A stretch of DNA of 64,000 bases from an uncultured Planctomycetaceae bacterium (GCA_963813715.1 CAWFAK010000012.1:288001-352000), one strand, 5' to 3'. Shown: positions 20,681 to 30,925, counted from the stretch's first letter. The notes: a model not told the origin generated them from the letters alone. Numbers and translations are program-made.

Positions 20681-20711
20681 GAGACAAATATTGGCAATTC
20701 TCAGTTCTTAG

Positions 20712-20795
20712 TGGGTGGCACTGGCGGCTTGTCCGCCAGTGTGGCTTTCGCATTCAGAAGAAAACCACTGGCGGACGAGCCGCCAGTGCCACCCA
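20712..20795. repeat. REP-like doublet: 30-bp inverted repeat whose arms are themselves hairpins
   Basis: tgggtggcactggcggcttgtccgccagtg (20712-20741) / cactggcggacgagccgccagtgccaccca (20766-20795), 1 mismatch. Confidence 0.85.
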
Positions 20796-20906
20796 ATCGC
20801 GAGGTAACGGCAGAAAATAGCAGCAGGTTGACGACGGTCGCTCTTGGTAAACTGGTGTCGCCGCGTCGAGGCCAGTCAGGAGCTGTTCCGAGTCAGGGAG
20901 CTGCCG

Positions 20907-23393
20907 ATGATCCGCGCTTGTCGTCTCGTTGCTCGCGGGAATCTGGAAAACGGAACCCGGTGCCGCCGCTGGGCGCGACACGTCGACGTGGTCGCGCTCC
21001 TCGTCGCTGTCGCGCTCGTTTTCGCGCCGACAGTGGATGCTGGGCCGCCCGCGTCGTCGGGCCGGTCGAAGTCGCGGGCGTCGACGTCTGCCGAGAAGGG
21101 GCAGATGCTTCGCGGCACGGTCGTCAAAGCGGCCGATGGGTCGCCGGTGGCCGAGGCGACGGTTTACCTGGCGACCGGACGGACGTTCAATCGGGCGAAA
21201 GAGGCGCGGACGGACGCCGCCGGGCGGTTCGAGCTCGGGCCGGTCGATGCCGGGAAATATTCGCTCTTTGCCCAGGCCGGCAACTTGATCTCGCATCTGC
21301 AGCGGCTTGAGTCCGAGCCGGTCACCGTTAAGGCCGGGGAAGCGCCGCCGCCAGTCGCCTTGCGGCTGGCCGAGGGATGCCGGTTCCGGATCACGGTGAA
21401 GCGGGCGTCCGACGGTCGGCCCATCGCCGGGGCGAAAATCGATTTCCGTTGGCCCGACATCAAACGGCAATATCCAGACCGATGCCAACGGAGTCGGCGC
21501 TGCTCGAGGGCGTGCGGCCGACCGAGCAGGTGTTTCACGTCCGGGCCGAGGGTTTCGCGCTCGACGAGAAAACGGTCGCGGCCGCTCAGCCCGGCAAGAC
21601 GAGCGAGCTGACGTTCGTGCTCGGACCAGGCGGGCGGATTGACGGCACGATGCACGACACCGAAGGGCGCCCCCTCTTTGGCATCGGCATCAGCGCGACG
21701 GTCAAGCGGTCGCCCGCCCCTCTCCGTCTGGATTACGTGAAGACCGATGGCAAAGGACGCTTCACATTCGAGAATGTGCCCATCGGCGAGACGGTCGACC
21801 TTTTCTGCTCGCAGAAGAACTTTCTGCGGAAAGAGCAGACGGTCGTGCTCGGTGCCGGCCAGAAGGTGTTGGCCGTCGACGTCGTACTCCAGCCTCGACC
21901 CAAAGGGGGCCTCGGTTTTGGTCACGGTCGTCGGGCCCGATGGCAAGCCGGTGCCGAACGCGCGGCTCGTCAATCCGGGTGACAGTAGCGCGTTCAGGCA
22001 TTACGGCCGCACGGACGACAACGGGCAATGCCAGCTCGACGATGTCTACGACATTTTCGGCCGCCACGAATTGGCTGTCACGGCGAAGGGTTTTGCGCCG
22101 CAGCAGCTCTCGTTCGATCCGGGCCCGCCCGGCAAGCCGTCACAATTAAAAGTGACGCTCGAGCCCGGACATCGCATTCGCGGACGCGTCGTGCTGGGCC
22201 CGAATCGCTACGGGGCCGGCTTGCGCGTCTTCTACGCGCGGGGCGAGCACGGCGAACTGATCGGCGGCGACGTCACGACTGATGCCGACGGGCGATTTGC
22301 CATCGACTCCTTGCCGAAAGCCTGCACGTTTACGGTCTATAGTCCGCCCGGTTACGCCCCCTTCCACGAGCAGGCGCTTCCCCTCGATGGCCCGGACGAA
22401 GTGCTGGTGCGGCTGGATGCGGCGGCCCTCGTGCGGGGACGCGTGATCGACGCGCTGAGCCGACAGCCGGCCGTGCCCTATCGCATTCGAATCATGATTT
22501 CGCGCGATCGCCGTCCGGGCGAGCCGGCTCCGGGGATGTGGAGTTCGCTGGTCGAAGAAGGACGGGTCATCACCAAGAGCGACGGAGAGTTCGAATTCGG
22601 CGACTTGCCCCGCGGCACGCCGTTACGACTGATGGTGGCGGCCGACGGCTACCAGGCGAATGCCGTCGATCGCGTCGTCGCGCTGCCGCGAGGCGAGTTC
22701 AAACCGATCGAGATTCGGCTGCTCAAGCTCGATCCGGGAGCGCTCTGCGCTTTTGCCGGGCGACTGGTGGATGCCGAAGGAAAGCCCGTTGCCGGGGCGT
22801 CGGTGCGGTTGTGGACGGCGACGAGCACTCCGGACAACCCGTCACAATTTCCGTTCAACTGGTCGATGATCAAGTCGGGCCAGCTCGAGCAGAACGATTT
22901 ATGCCGGCAGTTTCTGGCGACGACGACCGACGCGGACGGCCATTTCCATTTCGCGGGCGTCCGCGTGGCCTTCTACGCGGAGGTCGGCTACTGGGGCAAA
23001 GGCATCGCCGCCGATCGCCAGCCGGTTCATTTCGCCCCTGACGCGTCACAGCCGATGGAATTGCGTCTGCAAGCCCGCGCGGCGGCCCGGGTGATCGTCG
23101 AGGTCGATCGCGGCGTCTGGCCGAAGGCCGGCCAGGTTCAGCTCAGTGGCGACCAGGGCACTTCCGATTGGCAACTGAGCACGCTCCGCCCGGGTGAATC
23201 GAAGGTCACTTTCGAGGACCTGCCGCCCGGCACCTTTCGGTTGATTCTCGAGGGCCCGTTTCGCAACTTGGGCGGTGGCCGCCTCACCAGCGACGCCCTC
23301 AGCCACGCCACCGCCACGGTGAAAGCGGGCGAAACCGTGACCGTGCGATTCGAGAAAGACGCCGCGCGGCTTCTTCGGCTCGCGCCAGAATGA
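20907..23393 (+). CDS. Secreted carboxypeptidase-regulatory-like repeat protein, paralogue B (apparent indels ~21475, ~21905)
   Basis: ORFs 20844-21611, 21377-21982 and 21747-23393 are colinear with paralogue A (shared CQLDDVYDIFGRHEL, ITKSDGEFEFGD, FPFNW). Confidence 0.8.
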
Positions 23394-23419
23394 AACAGAG
23401 CGAATGCGACGGCGCTCGA

Positions 23420-25747
23420 TCAGTGCGCCCCGCCGAGCTGTTCCAAAAAGTACGTGGCGATCCGCGTGTATAGCTCGCGAACCTCGATCGGTTGGCTGAC
23501 CATGTGGGTCTGGCCGGCTAGCGGCAGGAACTCGAAGTCGCGGCCCGAGCGGAACAGCGCGTCGGCCAGTCGGATGCTGTGGAGGAAGTAGACGTTGTCG
23601 TCGGCCGTGCCATGAATCAGCAAGAGCGGCCTGCGGAGCTCGTGGGCGACTTCCAGCACGGAGCTGACTTTGTAGGGGAGTGAATTGGTCGTCGGCACGC
23701 CGAGGTAACGCTCGGTGTAGTGCGTGTCGTAGTCGAGCCAGTCGGTGACGGGAGCGCCGGCCACGCCCGCGTGATAGACGTCGGGCCGCCGCGTCACGGC
23801 GCTTGCCGTGAAATAGCCGCCGAAGGACCAGCCGAAAACGCCGACCTTCGAGAGATCGAGCTCCGGATATTTGGCGCCGAGCGCCTGCAGTCCGCTCACC
23901 TGGTCGGCTAGCGGCACTTCGATGAGATTGTTTTTGATCGCCCGTTCCCAGGCGCGGCCGCGGGCAGGCGTGCCGCGACCGTCGAGCGAGACGACGATGA
24001 AACCCTGCTCGGCAAACCAGCCGTCGAGCAAGTAACGCGAACGCGCCGTGGTGACCATTTGCGAGTGCGGCCCGGCATAGACGCTGACAAAGACGGGATA
24101 ACGCTTGCCCACCTGGAAATCGTGCGGGCGAATGACGGCCGCGTGGAAGCTCGGGTTCGTGCCGACCGTCGTCAGCTCGACCGTCGGGAGCAAACCGGGC
24201 GTGCGGGCCAGGCTCTTGAGCTCGCCGGCCACACTGCCGTCGCGGCGATAGACGACTTGCTTCGAGTTGGACGTCAGCGACTGGGAGCCGCGGACGCTGA
24301 CTCCGCTCTCTTCCGCGACAATGGCGCTGTGCTCGCCCGGTTCGTGCGTCAGTTGCTCGGCCGCGGGGATGGCGTCGCCCGGTTGGTCCAGGGGGACGCG
24401 ATAGACGTGCGTCTGCGTCGGATCTTCGCCGCCGGCCACCCAGGCCGTGCCCGTCGATTCGTCGACGCCGATCAGGTGCCGAAGGTTGAGTTCGGGCGCG
24501 GTGAGGATGCGAGCCAGGCTGCCGTCGCGATGGTGCGATTCCAATTGCCAGGTGCCGCGACGCTCGGTCGCCCAGAGGAACGATTGGCCGTCGCGTCGCC
24601 ACTTCGGCAGATGGCCGTTGAGGTTGATCCAGGCCTCGTCAGTTTCGCGGAGCAGCTCCTTCGTTTGGCCGTTGGCCGGATCGATTTCGTAGAGAATCTC
24701 CAGCGTCTGCTCACGGTTCTGCACCAGGATCACGAGCGGAGCGTTCTTCTCCCAGATGACGCGGGCGAGATACGGCAGCTTGACGTTGTCCCAGGCGACC
24801 CACGTCGTTTGGCCACCCGCAACGGGAATCACGCCCACGCGGACGATGGCGTTGTTCTTGCCGGGCCGCGGATAGCGGAACGTTTGAGCCGGCCGCTCCG
24901 GGTGAGCCGGATCGGGGATCGACAGCTCTTCGACGGACGCGGTGTTCGTCTCCTGGTAGACGAGCTGCTGGCTGTCGGGCGACCACCAGTAGCCGTGCAT
25001 GCGATCCATTTCTTCCTGCGCGACGAACTCTGCCAGTCCGTGCGACAGCGTGGCGGTGGCTCCGGTGGTCAGCCGTCGCTCGCTGCCGGTGGCGACATCG
25101 GTGACGTAAAGGTCGCCGTCGCGGACGCAGGCGATGAGCTTGCCGTCCGGCGAGAACTGGGCGTCGATCGGAGAGCCGGCCGTGCTCGTCAGCTTGTGGA
25201 TCGCACCCGTCGATCGCTCGAGCACGTAGAGTTTTTCGGAGAGCGGCACGAGCACGCGGCTGCCGTCATCGGAGAGGTCGAACGTGGCGATCCCGCCGGC
25301 CGACAGTCGCATCCGTTCCCGCCGCGCCTTCTCGGCGGCCGAGAGCGTCTCCTTGGCGCCGCCGAGCAGTTGGGCGGCCGTCGCCAGCACCCGCTCGTTG
25401 CCGGTGGCGACGTCGAATTCGTAGAGGTTCCGCTGGAAACTGCCCGCGGCCGCACGGAGGAACAAGACGGCATCGCCCGCACGTGTGATGTGGGCGCCGG
25501 TCGGAAGCCCGTTGGAAAATCGCCGCGTCGCCGCGTATTGCTCGAGGAACTCGGGCTGCTTGAGCGCCGCACGGAGCCCCTTGGCCGACGATGTGGCGGC
25601 CACACCGGGGCTGGCCAGGGCGGTGCGCTCGACGACCGACGATCCCGCCGATTGGGCCCGCACGACGCCGGCCGGGCCGCAAGCGCAAGCGAAGAGCGCG
25701 ACCGTCGCGACGAACAGGCGGGGCGAAACGATCCGAGACGCGTGCAT
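23420..25747 (-). CDS. Dipeptidyl peptidase IV-like S9 peptidase
   Basis: Signal peptide; EFVAQEEM; GYWWSPD; YPRPG; nucleophile motif GWSFGG; HGTADDNV. Confidence 0.93.
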   Translation of the reverse strand: MHASRIVSPRLFVATVALFACACGPAGVVRAQSAGSSVVERTALASPGVAATSSAKGLRAALKQPEFLEQYAATRRFSNGLPTGAHITRAGDAVLFLRAAAGSFQRNLYEFDVATGNERVLATAAQLLGGAKETLSAAEKARRERMRLSAGGIATFDLSDDGSRVLVPLSEKLYVLERSTGAIHKLTSTAGSPIDAQFSPDGKLIACVRDGDLYVTDVATGSERRLTTGATATLSHGLAEFVAQEEMDRMHGYWWSPDSQQLVYQETNTASVEELSIPDPAHPERPAQTFRYPRPGKNNAIVRVGVIPVAGGQTTWVAWDNVKLPYLARVIWEKNAPLVILVQNREQTLEILYEIDPANGQTKELLRETDEAWINLNGHLPKWRRDGQSFLWATERRGTWQLESHHRDGSLARILTAPELNLRHLIGVDESTGTAWVAGGEDPTQTHVYRVPLDQPGDAIPAAEQLTHEPGEHSAIVAEESGVSVRGSQSLTSNSKQVVYRRDGSVAGELKSLARTPGLLPTVELTTVGTNPSFHAAVIRPHDFQVGKRYPVFVSVYAGPHSQMVTTARSRYLLDGWFAEQGFIVVSLDGRGTPARGRAWERAIKNNLIEVPLADQVSGLQALGAKYPELDLSKVGVFGWSFGGYFTASAVTRRPDVYHAGVAGAPVTDWLDYDTHYTERYLGVPTTNSLPYKVSSVLEVAHELRRPLLLIHGTADDNVYFLHSIRLADALFRSGRDFEFLPLAGQTHMVSQPIEVRELYTRIATYFLEQLGGAH

Positions 25748-25768
25748 GGGCAAATCACTTTCGGCGGA

Positions 25769-26440
25769 TCAGTGAACGATTTGAATTTCGGCACGCACCG
25801 GCTCTTGTGTCGGAGCGCGGCACGACGTCTGGTTGCAGGCCTGATAATGCAGCGCGCCCTCCAGACCGAGCGAACCTGCCGGAGCGTCCTTCGCCACGCG
25901 GACCGCCCGCGTGAACGCGGCGGCGCCCTCGTAGTAAAAGGCCGGCTCCTGCGGATGGGCATCGTCCAGGGTCGGCTCCGGACCGCTCCAATCACCCTCC
26001 CAAGTCATCGCTTTCGGCAGTTTGAGGTCGATGGACGTAGGAACGGACGGCCCGGTGGGACGATCGATGGCGTAGATGTGCCAGCCCGTTTCGATGTGCG
26101 CTTCGACGCGAATCGTGAACGTGTCGCCCGCGTGGACCGTGGATCGATCGACGACGGCCGAAGCCGTGACGACGCCGTCCGACCGTGCGGCGGCACCGGG
26201 CGGCTTGGGCGGGCGCGGGGCCGTCGAGACAGAGACTTTCGGCGCGGAGCCCGTCACTACAGGAGCTGGCGAAACAGGAGCAGCGGACGCCGGCGGCTGC
26301 GCGGCGCGATCGGCCGCGGCCGGCTCCGCCTTCACCGCGGCGCTGCTCCGGTCACCGGCCGGTGCGACGGGCTGGCTGCTATCCGCGCACCCGCCGAGGA
26401 GCATCGCCGCAGCCAAAGGCAGACCGACATACAGCAGCAC
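25769..26440 (-). CDS. Lipoprotein with DsbD N-terminal-like domain (start uncertain)
   Basis: LLGGC lipobox; IETGWHIYA; YYEG; YQACNQTSC. Confidence 0.75.
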   Translation of the reverse strand: MLLYVGLPLAAAMLLGGCADSSQPVAPAGDRSSAAVKAEPAAADRAAQPPASAAPVSPAPVVTGSAPKVSVSTAPRPPKPPGAAARSDGVVTASAVVDRSTVHAGDTFTIRVEAHIETGWHIYAIDRPTGPSVPTSIDLKLPKAMTWEGDWSGPEPTLDDAHPQEPAFYYEGAAAFTRAVRVAKDAPAGSLGLEGALHYQACNQTSCRAPTQEPVRAEIQIVH

Positions 26441-26471
26441 GCAAGCCGCTCGTGCCGACCGCCGTCTTTGG

Positions 26472-27881
26472 TTAGCGCTTCGCCAAGAGCTGCCGGACAA
26501 CTTCGCCGACCTCCTGTTGCAGCGTAGGCGAGTAGCCGACATGCAAGTCATGAACTTTGCCCTGCGGATCGATGATCACCAGCGTGGGATAACCGCGGAC
26601 GCCGAATTGTTGCGGCACTTTGCGATCGACGCGCAACGTGGCGTAGTCCAGTTTCATTTTGTCGACGACGAACTTCGCGTCCGCTTCGACCGGATCGATG
26701 TTCATGCCAATGATGGCGACCGGAGCCTGCTTGAACTCGGCGGCCAGTTGTTTCATTTGCGGCATCGCCCGCATGCACCAGCCGCAACCGCGATACCAAA
26801 AATCGAGGACGACGACTTTGCCCTTATAGTCCTTGAGCGAGTGCGGCTTGCCGGCGAGGTCGGTCGCCTCGAAGTCGACGGCCGGCTTGCCCACGACTTT
26901 TGCTCGCCGCTCGGCTTCCTCGGCCGTGTACTTCGCCCTTCGCTCGTGCGACTTGAGGCCTTCCGCAAGCTGTTCCTTGAACAACGGCGTGATCACGTCC
27001 TTTTCCGCTGCCGTCAAAATGGCCTTCGCCTCCTCGAGCAGCTTCTTGCTGTCTTTCTCGCTCTTGGCCGCCTGCGACACCTTGTCGTCGTAAGCGCGGT
27101 CGGCCCGGAAATAACGATCGGCATCGGCCCAGAGTTTCTGCCCCCATTCGGCGTTGTGTTTTTCGACCGAGACCAGCGACAGCGTGCCGTTCGACTTGCT
27201 CTTGCTGCCCCAGTCCTGCGTCGTCTCGGTACGGGTCTTGGTCATCAGGCCGCGATTAGCGTCGACGTCGATCGTCGTCTGGCGATTCACCAGGTAGATT
27301 TCGTCGAGCGGTGTCTTGCTGGTTTCGGCAATCGTCCATTCGCCGGCAGTCGCCTTGGGCTGCGACTCGACCTTGAACGAGCAGCGGGCGTCATCTTGAC
27401 CGTGAACGGTCTGCCAGCCGGCGGCAAGCTCTTTCGCATTCTCTGCGAGCTTGGGAAACAGACTGGTCGGATCGATCGAAAAACCGGTCGTCGGATTGGT
27501 GATCACGCGGCCGTCCGGAAAGACGTCGCAGTAACCGAACGAGTCGTGACTGCGTCCGGCCGATTTGCCGTCGAACTTATAGGATTGCGCGGAGCGAAGC
27601 AGGACCCGATAGCTTCCGTCGCTATTCTTGGCGACCACCGACGCGGTCCAGTCCGTGTGCATGCTGTAGCTGCTGCGGGCTTTGCCCTCTCCCCGTTTGC
27701 TGTCGGTGTCCTGTTTGTATTTCAGCTCTTGGCCAACCTCCAGGTGATAGGCGGGCACGGCCTGGGGCGCGTCGGCCGCGCGAGTCAAGCTACCGCCCAG
27801 GGAGAAGGCCAACGCCGCGATCGCCAGAGCCAACACATGCCGCTGCAGAACAAGATGTCGGTGCCAAGTCGTTCGAGCCAT
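26472..27881 (-). CDS. Secreted TlpA-family thiol-disulfide oxidoreductase with large N-terminal domain
   Basis: SLKDYKGKVVVLDFWYRGCGWC (CxxC); FGVRGYPTLVIIDPQG. Confidence 0.85.
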   Translation of the reverse strand: MARTTWHRHLVLQRHVLALAIAALAFSLGGSLTRAADAPQAVPAYHLEVGQELKYKQDTDSKRGEGKARSSYSMHTDWTASVVAKNSDGSYRVLLRSAQSYKFDGKSAGRSHDSFGYCDVFPDGRVITNPTTGFSIDPTSLFPKLAENAKELAAGWQTVHGQDDARCSFKVESQPKATAGEWTIAETSKTPLDEIYLVNRQTTIDVDANRGLMTKTRTETTQDWGSKSKSNGTLSLVSVEKHNAEWGQKLWADADRYFRADRAYDDKVSQAAKSEKDSKKLLEEAKAILTAAEKDVITPLFKEQLAEGLKSHERRAKYTAEEAERRAKVVGKPAVDFEATDLAGKPHSLKDYKGKVVVLDFWYRGCGWCMRAMPQMKQLAAEFKQAPVAIIGMNIDPVEADAKFVVDKMKLDYATLRVDRKVPQQFGVRGYPTLVIIDPQGKVHDLHVGYSPTLQQEVGEVVRQLLAKR

Positions 27882-28248
27882 GCTTCCCTCCCGTTGGGAG
27901 TTGAAATCCGTTCGATCCGCCGATCGGGCGAAGTCTGCGCCAAACACGTGGGGGCGCCACCGCCGGCCACGATTCTACCGCGCTCGATTTCCAACCGAAA
28001 TCGTCGATTTTTTGGCAGAGGCAGGAGCCGGTCCGATCGCCTCGCGGCGGCCGCAATCTCGACCAAATAGAACTCGCTGCGGGCCCGGTGTTTGACATCC
28101 GGCTCGGGAATCGGATCATAAAGGTGAGCATTTTCGCAAATCGGGCTGATCCGTTCGGTTCGGCCCAGCGTTTCTCGCAGTGTTCCCGGCAGTGTACCGA
28201 CGTCAGGGGAACGCCCGGCTCGGCGCCGCCCGCGTAGGAGGGAAGTCC

Positions 28249-28884
28249 ATGGAAACCCTCTATCTCTATTGTGCCGCGATCGGTGTGGCGCTCTTGGCGG
28301 GACAGCTCTTGCTCAGCCTGTTTGGCGTGGGGCACCACGATTTTGGCGCCGGCCACGACATCGATCTGGCGGGCGAGTCCGGCAATTCCCACGGCGACTT
28401 CCACGCCGCACATCCCGACCGGGGCGGGCAGTGGTTCGTGGGGATGCTCAGCTTCCGCGCGATCGTGTCGGCCGTGGCAGTGTTCGGGCTGGTCGGTCTC
28501 GGCCTCGACCGCCTGTTCGATCCGCCGGCTCCGGGCGAGGCCTTTGTGCTCGCGCTTGTAGCCGGCGTGGCGATGATGTACGCCGTCGGCTGGTTGCTGC
28601 GGGTGGCCTACAGCCTGCGGTCCGACGGCACCGTCCACATCGAGCGCACGGTCGGCCTGACGGGGCAGACCTATCTCACCATCCCGCCGCACAAGACGGG
28701 CGCGGGCAAGGTCACCGTCAAGGTGCAGGGACGCAGCATGCAATTCCTGGCCCTGACCGGCGGAGAAGAAATTCCGACCGGAACGGCCGTCGTCGTGCTG
28801 GGCGTTCTGACTCCCCAGTCGGTGGAGGTCGCCCGCGCCGAAATCACATCCCCCCTGCCCTTGGGAGGTCCGGCCCATGTTTGA
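28249..28884 (+). CDS. NfeD-like membrane protein (flotillin partner)
   Basis: AGGAGG RBS; TM helices; C-terminal OB-fold-like GLTGQTYLTIP...GKVTVKVQGR; overlaps the flotillin start. Confidence 0.8.
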   Translation: METLYLYCAAIGVALLAGQLLLSLFGVGHHDFGAGHDIDLAGESGNSHGDFHAAHPDRGGQWFVGMLSFRAIVSAVAVFGLVGLGLDRLFDPPAPGEAFVLALVAGVAMMYAVGWLLRVAYSLRSDGTVHIERTVGLTGQTYLTIPPHKTGAGKVTVKVQGRSMQFLALTGGEEIPTGTAVVVLGVLTPQSVEVARAEITSPLPLGGPAHV

Positions 28885-30544
28885 TCTCTCTCACTGCTTC
28901 CCGCTGGCTCGTACGTCGGACGCAGCCCTCTTGGCTGCGGCGTCGGAAGGTTCGATCTACTTGCTCCTGAGCGCGTGCGTGGCGTGTGCCGCGGTCTTCG
29001 GCACCCTGCTCTTCATCGCCAGGCGTTACAAGCGATGCCCCAGCAACCGCGTGCTGGTGGTGTTTGGAAAAGTGGCTGGCGGCCGCTCGGCGACGTGTAT
29101 CCATGGCGGCGGCCGCTTCGTGCTGCCGATCATCCAGGACTACGCGTTCATGAGCCTGGAGCCGATCCAGATTGAGGTGCCGCTGCACGACGCGCTGTCG
29201 AGTGAGAACATTCGCGTCAACGTGCCGAGCGTGTTTACCGTGGCGATCGGCATCGAGCCGTCCACGATGCAGAACGCGGCCATCCGTTTGCTGGGCCTCG
29301 ACCTGCCCCACATCAAGAAGCAGGCCGAAGACATCATCTTTGGCCAGTTGCGGCAAGTGATCGCCTCGATGCGGATCGAGGACATCAATCGTGACCGCGA
29401 AGGTTTTCTGCACAACATCCAAAGCTCGGTCGAACCCGAGCTGGAAAAGATCGGCCTGGTGCTGATCAACGTCAACATCACCGACCTGACCGACGGCTCG
29501 GGCTACATCGAAGCCATCGGCCGCAAGGCAGCGTCCGAAGCCATTCAAAAAGCCCGCGGCGACGTGGCCGAGCAGGAGAAGCTGGGCGAGGTCCGCGTGG
29601 CCGAGGCCGAGCGGGACAAGCAGATTCAGGTGGCCGAAGCGAGCAAGCTCCGCGAGATCGGCCTGCGGGCCGCCAAGCGCGAGCAAGCTGTGCGCGTCGC
29701 CGACCTCAACAAAGAGCAGCAGGTCGGCGAGCAGCGGGCCGCATTCGGACAGAACATGGAAGTGGCCGAGGCCGATCGCGAAAAACGAATCGCCGTCGCC
29801 AACGCGAACGCAATCGCCTTCGCGGGCGAGGCCGAGTCGCAGGCCAAGGTCGCGGAGGCCGAGGCTCGCCTCGCTGTGAAGAAGGCCGAGGCGTTCCAGC
29901 TCGGCGAAACGCGGCGGCGCGAAGCCGAAGCGGCCGTGCAGGAAGCCCAGAACCGGGCGATGGCCAAGGCCGCACTCGCCGAGGCGGAGAAAGTCGAAGC
30001 CGAACGCCGGGCCGCCGTCGAGGCGCCGGCCAAGGCCGAGAAAGCCAAGATTATCGTCGCCGCCCAGGCCGAGGCAGAAAAACGCAAGTTGGAAGCGGAA
30101 GGCGAGGCGAGCGCCATCTTCGCCCGGCTCGAAGCCGAGGCCCGCGGCCAGTACGAAATTCTCGCCAAGAAGGGCGAAGGCTTCCGCGCGATGATCGAAG
30201 CCTGCGGCGGAGCCAATCAGGCCTTCCAGATGCTGATGATCGAGCACCTCGACAAGCTGGCCGAAACGTCGGCCAAGGCCATCTCGAACATCAAGTTCGA
30301 CAAGGTCGTGGTTTGGGAAAACGGTGGCAAACAGGACGGCCAGACGTCGACGGCCAACTTTCTCCACGGGATGACGCGCACGCTGCCGCCCATGCTGCAG
30401 GTGCTGCGCGACATTGCGGGCGTCGAGGTGCCGGAGACACTCGTCAAGCTCTCGCCGGAGGCGCTGAATGGCGCTTCGAGCCGGCTCGCGCCCACCAACG
30501 GCGATCCGGCCGCCGGCACTGCCACGTTGCCGGAGAGCCGGTAG
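28877..30544 (+). CDS. Flotillin / SPFH domain protein
   Basis: RYKRCPSNRVLVVFG; FGQLRQVIASMRIEDINRDR; LINVNITD; AEA-rich coiled coil. Confidence 0.93.
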   Translation: MFDLSHCFPLARTSDAALLAAASEGSIYLLLSACVACAAVFGTLLFIARRYKRCPSNRVLVVFGKVAGGRSATCIHGGGRFVLPIIQDYAFMSLEPIQIEVPLHDALSSENIRVNVPSVFTVAIGIEPSTMQNAAIRLLGLDLPHIKKQAEDIIFGQLRQVIASMRIEDINRDREGFLHNIQSSVEPELEKIGLVLINVNITDLTDGSGYIEAIGRKAASEAIQKARGDVAEQEKLGEVRVAEAERDKQIQVAEASKLREIGLRAAKREQAVRVADLNKEQQVGEQRAAFGQNMEVAEADREKRIAVANANAIAFAGEAESQAKVAEAEARLAVKKAEAFQLGETRRREAEAAVQEAQNRAMAKAALAEAEKVEAERRAAVEAPAKAEKAKIIVAAQAEAEKRKLEAEGEASAIFARLEAEARGQYEILAKKGEGFRAMIEACGGANQAFQMLMIEHLDKLAETSAKAISNIKFDKVVVWENGGKQDGQTSTANFLHGMTRTLPPMLQVLRDIAGVEVPETLVKLSPEALNGASSRLAPTNGDPAAGTATLPESR

Positions 30545-30925
30545 CACTCAGCTCGGAGAGTCGGTTCGTGGGCACTGGTGTGTCTCTTGCGCCGGGCGCG
30601 CCGTCAGACCGAACACACTCCCGGCGGCTCAGCGCCGCTTCGCATGGTCGCCTCAGCGAGTGACCGCGGTGGGGAAGCGATCGCCTGAAAGCGGAGATGG
30701 CGGCTCAGACCTCTGCACGTAAGAGTTGGGGGCTTCGAGCGCGAATTTTCAGAAAAACCGCGCGGTTCGGGAACGGTCCGTGCTTATCCCAAAGAGCTGG
30801 CGCTCCTTCGCCTCAACAACTGCTTGATTGGGTCAAACCGTTCGAGTAGCTTCGGAACCATTCGGCTCGGCGAGCGTCGAAGCGGGTGCGGGAGAGGCGC
30901 GCAACAGGATTCAGGAGGACGTGAC

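Noticed and set aside
10258..23393. Prophage, IS element or classical integrative element
   Set aside because: No integrase, transposase, phage structural or conjugation genes recognised.
28092..28122. Sigma-70 promoter for the NfeD-flotillin operon
   Set aside because: TTGACA is present but there is no good -10 at 16-18 bp spacing.
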